Sequence record: DRR378314_197
Direction: 5' to 3' (one strand)
Length of the DNA: 64,000 nucleotides
Shown here in pieces: positions 39,383-49,018 of the stretch. The notes beneath the pieces were generated by a model that did not search any database, had not been told where the DNA came from, and saw only the letters and a list, made by a program, of their open reading frames with translations. The stretch's first letter is position 1, and each line of letters begins with the position of its first letter. The translations under genes and the position numbers were made by a program.

Positions 39383-40513
39383 TTATTTCTCCTGCCAACT
39401 GTAGACGTAGTCCGGGTTTTCAACCGCTAAAGCCTCATCACTTGCTTGCAAGGCATCGCGGGTATCAAGCATAACCGCAACTTCGTCTGTGAATTTCTTT
39501 TTATGCTCACGCCCGGCTTTAAACGCTTTCGGGTGTGGGCCATGAGTAAATCCTGCCGGATGGAAGGTTACCATACCGCGGTCGATATTATCACGACTGA
39601 AAAAGTCACCTTCATGATAGAACAGCACTTCGTCGTAATCGTCGTTGTTGTGGTAGAAAGGCACCTTCAATGCGCCCGGATCTGACTCGATAGGACGCGG
39701 AACAAAAGTGCAGACCACAAAACGATCAGCAACAAAAGTTGTATGCGCTGAAGGCGGCAAATGATAACGATGGCTCATTAACGGCCGGATATCACGCCAA
39801 TTCAGACGAACCGGAGCTAACTCACCGTGCCAGCCTATCGCATCCAGCGGGTTATAAGGGTACGTGATAACCGACACCTGCTGATGACGTTTTACATACA
39901 CCTGCCACTGTTCTTCGCTGTATTGCGCCTGAAACGCCTCATCGATATCCGGTGTATCCAGCACTGCCGGATCGAAAATAGCATGATTACCCACCAGACC
40001 TTTTTCCGGCAAGCTATAAGAGCCATTTGTTGCTTCAATCATCAACAACTGCATGGTTTCATCAGGCTCAAGACGCCAGTTAGTAGAGCGGGGAATTAAA
40101 AAGTAGTCCCCTTTCACCAGGTGAATATGCCCGTAATCACAATGCAGATGACCACTGCCTTCATGAACAAAGAGCAAGTCATCGCCGTCGGCATTACGCA
40201 CTAAATAATCCATTTTGCTATGGCAATGCCACAAGCGAAAACGGCAGTTATTATTGTGCAATAAGTCAGGCGTTAACCAGGGGTTTTCCGGAGCTATGGC
40301 TTCTAACTTATTAAAGTCAAACGCCCGTGGACGCAGAGGCCCACGCCACTCCGACCAACCGGTCGGAGCATGCTGATGGTGAAAATGCGTGGCCGGACCG
40401 AAAAAGCCACTACGACCAGCTTCACGTTCATAAATGGCTTGCTCCGGAAAATCAGCGTGGGCCTGTCGAGATGACTTGCCCACCTGTTTCGGAAAGCTGA
40501 TCCATTTACGCAT
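39383..40513 (-). CDS. hmgA: homogentisate 1,2-dioxygenase
   Basis: RNADGD, PFYHNNDDYDEVLFY, HGPHP. Confidence 0.93.
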   Translation of the reverse strand: MRKWISFPKQVGKSSRQAHADFPEQAIYEREAGRSGFFGPATHFHHQHAPTGWSEWRGPLRPRAFDFNKLEAIAPENPWLTPDLLHNNNCRFRLWHCHSKMDYLVRNADGDDLLFVHEGSGHLHCDYGHIHLVKGDYFLIPRSTNWRLEPDETMQLLMIEATNGSYSLPEKGLVGNHAIFDPAVLDTPDIDEAFQAQYSEEQWQVYVKRHQQVSVITYPYNPLDAIGWHGELAPVRLNWRDIRPLMSHRYHLPPSAHTTFVADRFVVCTFVPRPIESDPGALKVPFYHNNDDYDEVLFYHEGDFFSRDNIDRGMVTFHPAGFTHGPHPKAFKAGREHKKKFTDEVAVMLDTRDALQASDEALAVENPDYVYSWQEK

Positions 40514-41579
40514 CGCTTAACACTCCCCGGCGGATCTGATCTTCTTCAATGCTTTCGAATAGCGCTTTGAAGTTACCTTCGCCGAAACCTTCGTTGCCTT
40601 TACGCTGAATGATTTCAAAGAACACCGGACCAATTACGGTTTGAGTAAAGATTTGCAGTAAAATGCCATCTTTCATTGGCGCACCGTCGATTAGGATACG
40701 CTGTTCACGTAGTGCGTCTAAATCTTCCTGATGCCCTTCAACGCGGTCATTCACTTTCTCGTAGTAAGTTTCCGGCGTATCCATGAAGTCCATACCAATA
40801 GAACGCAGGTCTTTTACAGTTTTGTAGATATTGTCACTGGTTAAAGCAATGTGCTGAATACCCTCGCCTTTGTACTCTTTTAAGTACTCTTCAATTTGCG
40901 ATTTGTCATCGTGAGATTCGTTAATTGGAATACGGATCTTACCGCAAGGCGCTGTCATAGCGCGGCTTAACAAGCCTGTCAGTTTGCCTTCAATGTCGAA
41001 GTAACGAATTTCACGGAAGTTACCAATGCGCTCATAGAAGCCAGCCCAAGTATCCATGTTGCCACGGAATACGTTGTGCGTCAGATGGTCTATTTCAAAC
41101 AGACCAGCGGCGTGCTCGCTCATTTTCGCTTCCCAGTTTTCATAGAAGTCGAAATGCTGCTTATAAATTTCATGGTTTTCGTAGTTGTCGACAAAATACA
41201 ACGCACTTTCGCCAATACCAAAAACTGCCGGAACACCTTCAACAACGCCTTTATCAGCAGGAAAAGCTTTGGCACCGTTATCAAGTGAGTGCTTCAATGC
41301 ATGAGCCGAATCTTCGACACGCCAAGCCATACCACAAACACTTGGACCATGGTCTTTCGCAAACTCTTCAGCCTGCCCGCCCGGTTCAGCGTTAATAATG
41401 AAATTAATGTCGTTCTGCTTGTACAACCAGGCCTGCTTGCTCTTGTGCTTAGCCACTTCAGTGAAACCCAGTTTATCGAACAAGTCTTTTAACGCATCAA
41501 TGCCTTTCTGGTCCGGAGCGGTATACTCAACGAACTCAAAACCGTCTGTATTTAACGGATTAATCATTTTATCTGTCAT
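40506..41579 (-). CDS. hppD: 4-hydroxyphenylpyruvate dioxygenase
   Basis: GFEFVE, IDHLTHNV, GEGIQHIA, FFEIIQRKG..GFGEGNFKALFE. Confidence 0.97.
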   Translation of the reverse strand: MTDKMINPLNTDGFEFVEYTAPDQKGIDALKDLFDKLGFTEVAKHKSKQAWLYKQNDINFIINAEPGGQAEEFAKDHGPSVCGMAWRVEDSAHALKHSLDNGAKAFPADKGVVEGVPAVFGIGESALYFVDNYENHEIYKQHFDFYENWEAKMSEHAAGLFEIDHLTHNVFRGNMDTWAGFYERIGNFREIRYFDIEGKLTGLLSRAMTAPCGKIRIPINESHDDKSQIEEYLKEYKGEGIQHIALTSDNIYKTVKDLRSIGMDFMDTPETYYEKVNDRVEGHQEDLDALREQRILIDGAPMKDGILLQIFTQTVIGPVFFEIIQRKGNEGFGEGNFKALFESIEEDQIRRGVLSDA

Positions 41580-41688
41580 GGTTACTTCCTCTTATTATTC
41601 GGTTGTTAACACCATGACTGTAGCGGTAGTTGTGGGGAAAAGGCGAATAAGAGGAGAAGATAGCAAATTGCTGAAGTTAAGGTTAAAA

Positions 41689-41706
41689 CGTAAAGTTTAA
41701 TGTACA
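41689..41706. promoter_or_regulatory. TyrR box (weak) upstream of hppD
   Basis: CGTAAA-N6-TGTACA versus consensus TGTAAA-N6-TTTACA. Confidence 0.55.
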
Positions 41707-41748
41707 GGCTGAACACTTGCTCTGGATCAAGGTACAGCCTGTTTAACT

Positions 41749-41766
41749 TGTAAAGCTTTTGTTACA
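41749..41766. promoter_or_regulatory. TyrR box (strong) upstream of hppD
   Basis: TGTAAA-GCTTTT-GTTACA, one mismatch. Confidence 0.7.
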
Positions 41767-41769
41767 AGA

Positions 41770-43350
41770 CTACTTTTTTGTCTGTTCTGCTTTACGGGCA
41801 CGACCACTGCGTTGCTTACCAATGCCATAATCGCGTAATTTATTGGCCACTGCGGTATGGGAAAGCCCTAAACGTTTTGCCAGTTGCCTTGTACTGGGGA
41901 AGCTAGGATATAAACGGCGTAGTACGTGGCTTTCAAAACGACGAACTGCATCGTCCAGGCTCATATCGTCGATATCCAGTGCTAGCTGGTCATCTTCCTG
42001 ATTCAACTCAGGCAAACGGATATCCGCGGGCTCCAGCGTATAGCCTTCTATCATTGAAACCGAACGAAACATGGTGTTTTCCAGCTGGCGCACATTACCC
42101 GGCCACTGGTAACGCTTGAGCCGCTCTTTCGCCGCCCGACTTAAACTTACCTGACTGCGCCCGAGCTTTTTACAGGCCTGAGTCACAAAATGCTCTGCCA
42201 ACAATAAAATATCGCTTTTGCGTTCACGCAGTGGCGGGACATTCAGTGCCAGGACGTTAAGCCGATAATACAAGTCTTCACGAAATTCGCCGTTTTCAAC
42301 GAGTTCATAAAGATTCCCCTGAGCAGTGCAAATAACTCGCACGTCTACGCTCACTTCCTGCTCTTCGCCAATGCGGCGAAACACACCGTCTTCTAAAAAG
42401 CGTAGTAATTTTGCCTGCAGGCCAATAGACATTTCACTGACTGAGTCCAGTAATACTGTGCCCCCGGCAGATTGTTCCAGGACTCCGGTTTTACGAGTGC
42501 TCTGGCTGCTTATACTGCCTTCACCATGACCAAAAAGTTCGCTCTCAGCAACATTGTCTGGTAGTGCCGCACAATTTATGGCTAAAAAAGGTTTATCCTG
42601 ACGCTGGCTGGCTAAATGACAGGCTTTTGCCAACAGCTCTTTACCGACACCCGTTTCACCTTCAATTAACAGCGGCGCGTCAAGCTCTGCCATACGCTGG
42701 GCATCTTTAATAACGCGCTTCATAGTGCTGTTATCGGTCAGCAGGCGCTCAAAGGCTTTTTCATTGTCCTGACTCTGCCAGGTTGCTGTTACGGGCTCTG
42801 ACTTACAAGTCATTACCGCACCGGCAAACGCCGTACTGCCTTCTTCGTCGTTAACCCAGATAGGCAATAATTGAGCGTAGTACTCTGAATTGCCTATGGT
42901 CACGGCCTCGTAAATAGGGTCACGGGGCTTTTTATCCAGCCAGCGTTGTAGCGAGATGCCATGCACATACTGCATAAGCGGCTCACCTTTAAGGCTGTCT
43001 TCCTGACCCGCTAATAAACGTAAGCCGGCGTCATTGATAATGTCGATATGACCTTTGCTATCAATGGAAAGAACCGGATCCGGCAAGGTACTTAACAGCA
43101 AACTAAATTCATAATGCTCGCGTTCAAACGGCATGTAAGGAATGGTTTTTACGTCAATAATATTGGGAATGCGACGAATCTGAGGCATCAAATGCCGAAA
43201 ATCATCGAAGGCTAATTCAGGAAAATTTAGGAAGATTTTTCCTTTAGGATCGACTTCAATGCCACGTAAATCAATTTCGTGGTCTCGCAAAATTTGCAGA
43301 ACATCCTGACAGATACCCAGACGGTCATCACAAGTTATCTCAAGTCGCAT
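41770..43350 (-). CDS. tyrR: aromatic amino acid regulator TyrR/PhhR
   Basis: MRLEI.C.DRLG ACT domain, PAS, AAA+ lacking GAFTGA, HTH STRQLAKRLGLSHTAVANKLR. Confidence 0.95.
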   Translation of the reverse strand: MRLEITCDDRLGICQDVLQILRDHEIDLRGIEVDPKGKIFLNFPELAFDDFRHLMPQIRRIPNIIDVKTIPYMPFEREHYEFSLLLSTLPDPVLSIDSKGHIDIINDAGLRLLAGQEDSLKGEPLMQYVHGISLQRWLDKKPRDPIYEAVTIGNSEYYAQLLPIWVNDEEGSTAFAGAVMTCKSEPVTATWQSQDNEKAFERLLTDNSTMKRVIKDAQRMAELDAPLLIEGETGVGKELLAKACHLASQRQDKPFLAINCAALPDNVAESELFGHGEGSISSQSTRKTGVLEQSAGGTVLLDSVSEMSIGLQAKLLRFLEDGVFRRIGEEQEVSVDVRVICTAQGNLYELVENGEFREDLYYRLNVLALNVPPLRERKSDILLLAEHFVTQACKKLGRSQVSLSRAAKERLKRYQWPGNVRQLENTMFRSVSMIEGYTLEPADIRLPELNQEDDQLALDIDDMSLDDAVRRFESHVLRRLYPSFPSTRQLAKRLGLSHTAVANKLRDYGIGKQRSGRARKAEQTKK

Positions 43351-43373
43351 AAACCCTACTACATTGAACTAAA

Positions 43374-43391
43374 TGTAAAGCAAATAATACA
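43374..43391. promoter_or_regulatory. TyrR box upstream of tyrR (autoregulation)
   Basis: TGTAAA-GCAAAT-AATACA, 24 bp before the tyrR start. Confidence 0.5.
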
Positions 43392-43406
43392 CTATTGTTC
43401 CCGCTT

Positions 43407-43440
43407 AAAAAACAAAAACCCCGGCCAATAGACCGGGGTT
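43407..43440 (-). terminator. terminator after phhAB
   Basis: minus strand AACCCCGGTC-loop-GCCGGGGTTTTTGTTTTT. Confidence 0.8.
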
Positions 43441-43465
43441 CCATGCAGTTCATCGACAAAGCTGG

Positions 43466-43807
43466 CTAAGCGTCAAGTACACTGTCGGTTTTTGCCGCCA
43501 TAATAAAGTCATTTTTATGCAAACCGTTAATGGCGTGGGTCCACCAGGTAACCGTTACTTTGCCCCATTCAGTCACCAGCTCAGGGTGATGTTTTTCTTC
43601 CTCAGCAAGGTCACCTACTCGGTTAGTAAAAGCCAGCGCCTGCTTAAAGTTTTTAAACTTAAATTCGCGCTGCAACATCATAACGTTGTCGTTTGTTACC
43701 GGCGTCCAGTCAGGTATCTCACGCATCAGCTCTTTCAGCTCTTCATCGCTGACTTGTGGCGCGTCTGCATGACACGCTTCGCAACGTGCATTTTCCAAGT
43801 TTGACAT
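43466..43807 (-). CDS. phhB: pterin-4a-carbinolamine dehydratase
   Basis: [22 protein letters not shown]. Confidence 0.96.
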   Translation of the reverse strand: MSNLENARCEACHADAPQVSDEELKELMREIPDWTPVTNDNVMMLQREFKFKNFKQALAFTNRVGDLAEEEKHHPELVTEWGKVTVTWWTHAINGLHKNDFIMAAKTDSVLDA

Positions 43808-43826
43808 TCTTTAATACTCCTTTGCC

Positions 43827-44621
43827 TTAAGCTGCATCTTTTGGTGGAAATTTTGGTTCAAACAACCCTAGCTCCATAGCTTCATGAACCAGCGACATGA
43901 TATCCATATCGGATATCTTAAACAGCTCGTCCACACTCTCTATGGTGTAGTAGATAGGTTGAATAATATCAATTCGGTACGGTGTACGTAGCGCATCTAA
44001 CGCTTTCAGTGGTTTGCGCTCTGGCGTATCGCTGTTAACGGCGTATTCCGTTTCAGCCGGAGACGATAAAATACCGCCACCATAAATTCGGATACCCTCT
44101 TCGGTTTTCAATAACCCGAACTCTACAGTAAACCAGTACAGGCGAGCCAGATAGACCCGTTCTTTGGGTGTGGCTGCATAACCCAATTTACCGTATTGGT
44201 GAGTAAAATGCGCAAACGCCGGGTTGGTTAATAGCGGGCAGTGTCCGAATATTTCGTGAAAAATATCAGGTTCCTGCAAGTAATCAAACTCTTCCCGTGT
44301 GCGAATAAAGGTTGCTACCGGAAACTGCTTGTTTGCCAGTAGGCGAAAAAACTCGTCAAATGGAATTAACGCTGGAACTGCTGCAACTTGCCAGCCTGTC
44401 TCTCTCTCCAGCACATTATTAATTTCATGCATTTGTGGCAAGCGATCCTTCGGCAAGTCGAGTAACTCCAGTCCCTTCATATACTCATCGCAAGCTTTAC
44501 CCGGTATGCATTCCAACTGACGTTCGACCAAATCCTTCCAGACCTGATTTTCTTCGTCACTCCACTGAATAATACCGTTTTCATCCGGTTGCCTTGATAC
44601 GTATTGACTTTGTTTACCCAT
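43827..44621 (-). CDS. phhA: phenylalanine 4-monooxygenase
   Basis: EPDIFHEIFGHCP, LYWFTVEFGL, YGGGILSS. Confidence 0.97.
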   Translation of the reverse strand: MGKQSQYVSRQPDENGIIQWSDEENQVWKDLVERQLECIPGKACDEYMKGLELLDLPKDRLPQMHEINNVLERETGWQVAAVPALIPFDEFFRLLANKQFPVATFIRTREEFDYLQEPDIFHEIFGHCPLLTNPAFAHFTHQYGKLGYAATPKERVYLARLYWFTVEFGLLKTEEGIRIYGGGILSSPAETEYAVNSDTPERKPLKALDALRTPYRIDIIQPIYYTIESVDELFKISDMDIMSLVHEAMELGLFEPKFPPKDAA

Positions 44622-44690
44622 AATTCAGCCTTGTTGCTTCCTCATTAATGTTTGATCGTTTTTGTTATTATTAGTTCATCTTTCGCAGAA

Positions 44691-45917
44691 TTACGCGGAC
44701 TTCTGCCACTGCACACGGCAGGCCTCCAGCGCCTGTTCAAGATCCGCAATAATATCGTCTGCTGCTTCTAAGCCTACCGCAATTCGGATCAATGTATCCG
44801 AAATCCCCGCCTTAAGACGAGCCTCCGGCGTATACGGGGAATGCGTCATTGACGCCGGGTGCTGAATGAGAGTTTCAGCATCGCCCAGACTCACTGCCAG
44901 AGCTATCATCCGCAATTGATTCAGAAAGTAACGTGCTTTCGCTTCATCGCCTTCCAGTTCAAAAGCAATAACCGCCCCGTTACGGCTCATCTGTTTACCC
45001 ATTAAAGCTTGTGCCTCGTGGTCAGGAGCTCCGGGGTAGTAAATCTTTTTTATATCCTGCCGCGCGGCCAGAAAATCGTAAACCGCATCGGCGTTTTCAC
45101 AGTGGCGCTGCATGCGCACATCCAGGGTTTTCAGACCACGCAGTATAAGCCAGGCGTCATGTGGACTGATGGTGGCGCCCATATCCTTTAAGGTTGTACT
45201 TTTAATGGTGTTAATATCGTCGTCACTGCCACAAATAATGCCGGCGACCACGTCACCATGACCATTGAGGAACTTAGTTGCACTGTGCACAACAATATCG
45301 GCACCATGTCGTTTGGGCTGCTGCATCAGTGGCGTCATAAAGGTATTATCCACCACCAGACGAATATCTGAGTCAGCAATTACCGCATGAACTTTTTCGA
45401 TATCAACCACTTTCAGGTGCGGGTTAGCCGGGGTTTCCAGAAAAACTAAGCGGGTATTCTCACGCAGGGTTTCTTTCAACAGGCCTTCGTTGTTTAAATC
45501 AATAAAGTCGGCTTCGACGCCGAAGCGTTCAAACAACTCACTGAACAATGCAAAACTGCAACCGTAAATGGCATCTGATACCACAATATGATCACCGCTG
45601 CGCACAAAAGCCATAGTAGCAGCCGCAATAGCACCCATCCCGGTCGCTGCCGCAGCAGCAGATTCATAACCTTCAAGCGACGCCATCCGGCGCTCCAGTT
45701 CTGCTGTTGTCGGGTTACCTAAACGGCTGTAAATATAGCCTTCTTCCTCGCCGGCAAAGCGGCGAGTGCCCTGCTCCGCAGAAGAAAACCGAAAAGTCGA
45801 GGTCTGATAAAGTGGCGCGGTTAACGCGCCATGAGGGTCATCATGCGCGGCTCCGGCATGAATTACCTGAGTCGCTGGCTGCCATTTATTATTATGTGGT
45901 TTTAAATCAGAAGACAT
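44691..45917 (-). CDS. megL: methionine gamma-lyase (Cys/Met PLP enzyme)
   Basis: YSRLGNPT, IYGC (MGL-type YGC), VDNTF, HSATKFLNGHGD, AVSLGDAE.L.QHPASMTH; start uncertain. Confidence 0.85.
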   Translation of the reverse strand: MSSDLKPHNNKWQPATQVIHAGAAHDDPHGALTAPLYQTSTFRFSSAEQGTRRFAGEEEGYIYSRLGNPTTAELERRMASLEGYESAAAAATGMGAIAAATMAFVRSGDHIVVSDAIYGCSFALFSELFERFGVEADFIDLNNEGLLKETLRENTRLVFLETPANPHLKVVDIEKVHAVIADSDIRLVVDNTFMTPLMQQPKRHGADIVVHSATKFLNGHGDVVAGIICGSDDDINTIKSTTLKDMGATISPHDAWLILRGLKTLDVRMQRHCENADAVYDFLAARQDIKKIYYPGAPDHEAQALMGKQMSRNGAVIAFELEGDEAKARYFLNQLRMIALAVSLGDAETLIQHPASMTHSPYTPEARLKAGISDTLIRIAVGLEAADDIIADLEQALEACRVQWQKSA

Positions 45918-46024
45918 GCGTTTTGGCTCGTTTGTCAGAAATTTGTTAACGAGCAACAGAGTGCAACGAGCTTACCTTAGTTGGCAATCTTTGCGCTGTG
46001 TCAAACCTATAAACAACTGTAACG

Positions 46025-47014
46025 CTAGTTTTCCACTTTCTGCTCAGATGTGGCTGTAGCCTTTGCCTGACGCGATTTATAAATAAAAGGTAAAACGCTC
46101 TTTAGCTGGCTTAGTAAGTCTTTTTGCAGTTTTAAATAGCCCGGCTTTTTAACCTTCTCGAACGGCATGGGTCGACATAATTCAATCACTTGGTAGCCCA
46201 GCCTGGCGGTGAGCAAACCAGCCCCTAAACCCTGTCCGGCCCGGGTTGATAAACGCGTTAATAGCTCGGCGCTAACCCACTGAGCACCTAAATCAACCGC
46301 AACTTCGCTTAGCCCTGCGTAAACAATATTGGCAAACACCTGACGCCATAAGCGAACTCTGGCCCAATACCCCAGTTTTACGCCGTACAACTCGGCAATA
46401 CGCGATATCATGCGCTGGTTACGCCACATAACGATAAGCATATCCAACAAGGCGAAGGGGCTCACTGCCACCATGGCGGCGGCTTCTGCCGACCAGCGAC
46501 TTGTAATACGGGTAGCCTGCTGGTCTATACGGCTTAAGACGTCCACTTCAAAACGTTCGCGTTCTTCATCCGCAGACCAATACGGTTGTTTGATTTGCTG
46601 CCAGCGATGTTCTAAATCCGGATGTTGCAGAAGCTGTAACTGTTGCTCCGGTTTGGGATCTTCAGACTGTCTTTTCCAGCGCCGTTTCAACTTTTGCAGC
46701 AACCAGATTTCACGCACCATAAAGCTCAATAATGCCAACGCAATAACACCAAAACCAACCGCCCACAAACTGCCTAAAAATATGTTTTGTTGAAAACGCT
46801 CAATAACCATCAATACCGATTCGATAACAGCGGCCGATAAAGCAACCACTAAACCCAGTGCCAGCCACTTACCCCAGCGACCAGACTTGGCGCCCGCAGC
46901 TGCCTGCGTAGCCCCCGTTTCAAGTCCTGCTTGCTCAGGCATGTTATCGGTATCAGAAACTTCAACTGCCGGTTCATCCACCGAATAGTAAGTTAACTTG
47001 CGCGGATCACTCAT
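46025..47014 (-). CDS. ycjF: YcjF (UPF0283) membrane protein
   Basis: AVSP.A.LDM, GQGLGAGLLTARLG, CRP.PF. Confidence 0.92.
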   Translation of the reverse strand: MSDPRKLTYYSVDEPAVEVSDTDNMPEQAGLETGATQAAAGAKSGRWGKWLALGLVVALSAAVIESVLMVIERFQQNIFLGSLWAVGFGVIALALLSFMVREIWLLQKLKRRWKRQSEDPKPEQQLQLLQHPDLEHRWQQIKQPYWSADEERERFEVDVLSRIDQQATRITSRWSAEAAAMVAVSPFALLDMLIVMWRNQRMISRIAELYGVKLGYWARVRLWRQVFANIVYAGLSEVAVDLGAQWVSAELLTRLSTRAGQGLGAGLLTARLGYQVIELCRPMPFEKVKKPGYLKLQKDLLSQLKSVLPFIYKSRQAKATATSEQKVEN

Positions 47015-48384
47015 TTGAGTTTATCTCCCAGAACGTATTCAAGCAGCTGATCCAGCCGTATATGCGGCAGAGGTGAGTTCTGCGCGGTGAAGCCGGGGTA
47101 AAACTGCGGATAAATATAGCCTTGTTGCCAGTCCGCAGCCGTTGGTATGGCATTAGGCACCTCTGGTGCACCAACCCGCACAAACTCACGGCTTTCATTA
47201 ATACCGTCCAGAACAGTCGTACCGTTACTTAATTTTTTAATTTGACTGGTGGCAATGCCGGCCACGCTAAATACCTGGTGAGGTATTTGATCAAACTGTA
47301 GCTCCTGACGCTGCTTCTGCGTCATAACACGTAGTAATTCCGTCAGTTTTTGATGGTCTTGCGGGGCAATACTGTCGGCTTTTGTCGCAACCAGCGCGAC
47401 TTTATCAATAACCGGCGACATCAACCGTTTTAGCAAGCTATTATTGCCATAAGAAAAGCTCTTCATCAGTTCATTTATTGCCAACTGTAATTCAGCAAAA
47501 TGATGCTCACCATTTTGCAACGCCTGCAGGACATCAACTAACACAACCTGCCGATTGAAGTGCTTAAAGTATTTTTGATAAAACGGAGTCACCACATGCT
47601 GCTGATAGTAACGGTATTTCTCCCGCAAGCGTTTCGCCCAGGCATCGGGTATTGGTTGTGACAACGGCCAGGGGAAAAACTCCAGCGCCGGAGCTCCCTC
47701 AAGCTCTCCGGGTAACACCATTCTTCCGGGTTGCAACAATAATAATTTTTGCTCCCGGCACTGGCGTAAAAAAGTGCGATACCCCGATGCCAGTTCACGT
47801 ATCTGCTGCTCAGCTTTATCCTCTGACGCGGCGTTTGCAGCTGTCTGCACCTTAATCAACCAGCTCTCTGCCAGTTTATGTCGTAACTCAGCTTTCAGTA
47901 AGCGCTGCTGTTGCTGGCTCCACTCGTCATAGCTCAGTTTTAGTAGCGGCAAATCCAGCAGCCATTCGCCCGGATAGTCAATTAAATCCAGGGTTAACCG
48001 ACGAGTGTCGAGCACTCGCCCGGCTAAGCCTCGATGCGGCTTATACTTTATTTCGACACGTATTTCACTCACATCGCGTGTCGACTGTGGCCACCGGGGC
48101 ACATCTGTGGTTAAACAGTTTATTGCCCCTTCGTAGTCAAAACGCGAGACTTGCCAGTTACTACTGGTGTGCAAACGACAGCCATTAAGACGCTGTTGTT
48201 GCTTCACCTTAAAATACGGCAATTGCTGCGTTTCATTCGCATATAATAGCTGCTCAAGTAAACCGGTGATTAACGCGGTTTTTCCCGCTCCGCTTAACCC
48301 CGTTACAGCCAGACGTATATGACGATCAAACCCGCGATGAATAACGTCGCGGGTTTGGTGTTGTAGCTTTTGAAAACGGCTCAC
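47011..48384 (-). CDS. ycjX: YcjX GTP-binding protein
   Basis: RLAVTGLS.AGKT, DYPGEWLLDLPL, TKAD, LPHIRLD. Confidence 0.94.
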   Translation of the reverse strand: MSRFQKLQHQTRDVIHRGFDRHIRLAVTGLSGAGKTALITGLLEQLLYANETQQLPYFKVKQQQRLNGCRLHTSSNWQVSRFDYEGAINCLTTDVPRWPQSTRDVSEIRVEIKYKPHRGLAGRVLDTRRLTLDLIDYPGEWLLDLPLLKLSYDEWSQQQQRLLKAELRHKLAESWLIKVQTAANAASEDKAEQQIRELASGYRTFLRQCREQKLLLLQPGRMVLPGELEGAPALEFFPWPLSQPIPDAWAKRLREKYRYYQQHVVTPFYQKYFKHFNRQVVLVDVLQALQNGEHHFAELQLAINELMKSFSYGNNSLLKRLMSPVIDKVALVATKADSIAPQDHQKLTELLRVMTQKQRQELQFDQIPHQVFSVAGIATSQIKKLSNGTTVLDGINESREFVRVGAPEVPNAIPTAADWQQGYIYPQFYPGFTAQNSPLPHIRLDQLLEYVLGDKLK

Positions 48385-48764
48385 AGACGATTAAATTCTC
48401 GTTGAAGATTATAGTGATTTGAGGTTACGTACTTTTCCATTGATTGCAACTGTTGTTCCAGTTCATCAAACTCTCGCTTTATATCGCGAAAAGCTTCACG
48501 CGGCGGTTCTCCGCCCTGCCAGACCTTAGTCTTTACATCAACATTATGACGCTCAGTATTCGGTAGCTTTTTATCCAGAATTAACCAACCGGCAATATAA
48601 AGTACAAAGAAAGAGCCATTAGTAAAAATCACTCCAGTAACAAAGGCCACTCGTATTAGCCAGGGTTCCAGGTTCAGGTAATCTGCAATACCAGCACAAA
48701 CACCTGCAATTTTTCCTCGCTCTGAGTCACGACGCAGTTCTCGTTTGGGTCTTCTCTCGCTCAT
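48381..48764 (-). CDS. pspC: phage shock protein C
   Basis: GKIAGVCAGIA.Y, ME.YVTS..Y.L.REF. Confidence 0.93.
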   Translation of the reverse strand: MSERRPKRELRRDSERGKIAGVCAGIADYLNLEPWLIRVAFVTGVIFTNGSFFVLYIAGWLILDKKLPNTERHNVDVKTKVWQGGEPPREAFRDIKREFDELEQQLQSMEKYVTSNHYNLQREFNRL

Positions 48765-49003
48765 TGTCTGTCCCTCCAGCCCGGAGCGTCAGCATCCAGA
48801 ATACGTTCCAGTGTCTGTACACGCTCACGGATGCGTTTTGCCTGATTCGCCAGTAACGCTAAAGATTCCCTTTCTTCCTCGTTCAATCCCTGATTCATTT
48901 GTCGTTTACTGCGGTAATGAAGGATGATCCAGATAGGCGCGACTATAATGACAAACAAAATAATCGGCGCCATCAACATCCCTAGTATTGCTTCAATATC
49001 CAT
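48761..49003 (-). CDS. pspB: phage shock protein B
   Basis: VAPIWIILHY, TLERILDA..P.WR. Confidence 0.95.
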   Translation of the reverse strand: MDIEAILGMLMAPIILFVIIVAPIWIILHYRSKRQMNQGLNEEERESLALLANQAKRIRERVQTLERILDADAPGWRDRQ

Positions 49004-49018
49004 TTTTTTAAGCCTGTT

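Noticed and set aside
41704-41742. ACAGGCTG...CAGCCTGT inverted repeat as an sRNA or terminator
   Set aside because: Large imperfect loop and no clear U tract; a function cannot be supported.
45930-46020. TyrR boxes upstream of megL
   Set aside because: TGTCAG/TGTCAA half-sites are present, but the partner half-site spacing does not fit the 18-bp consensus.
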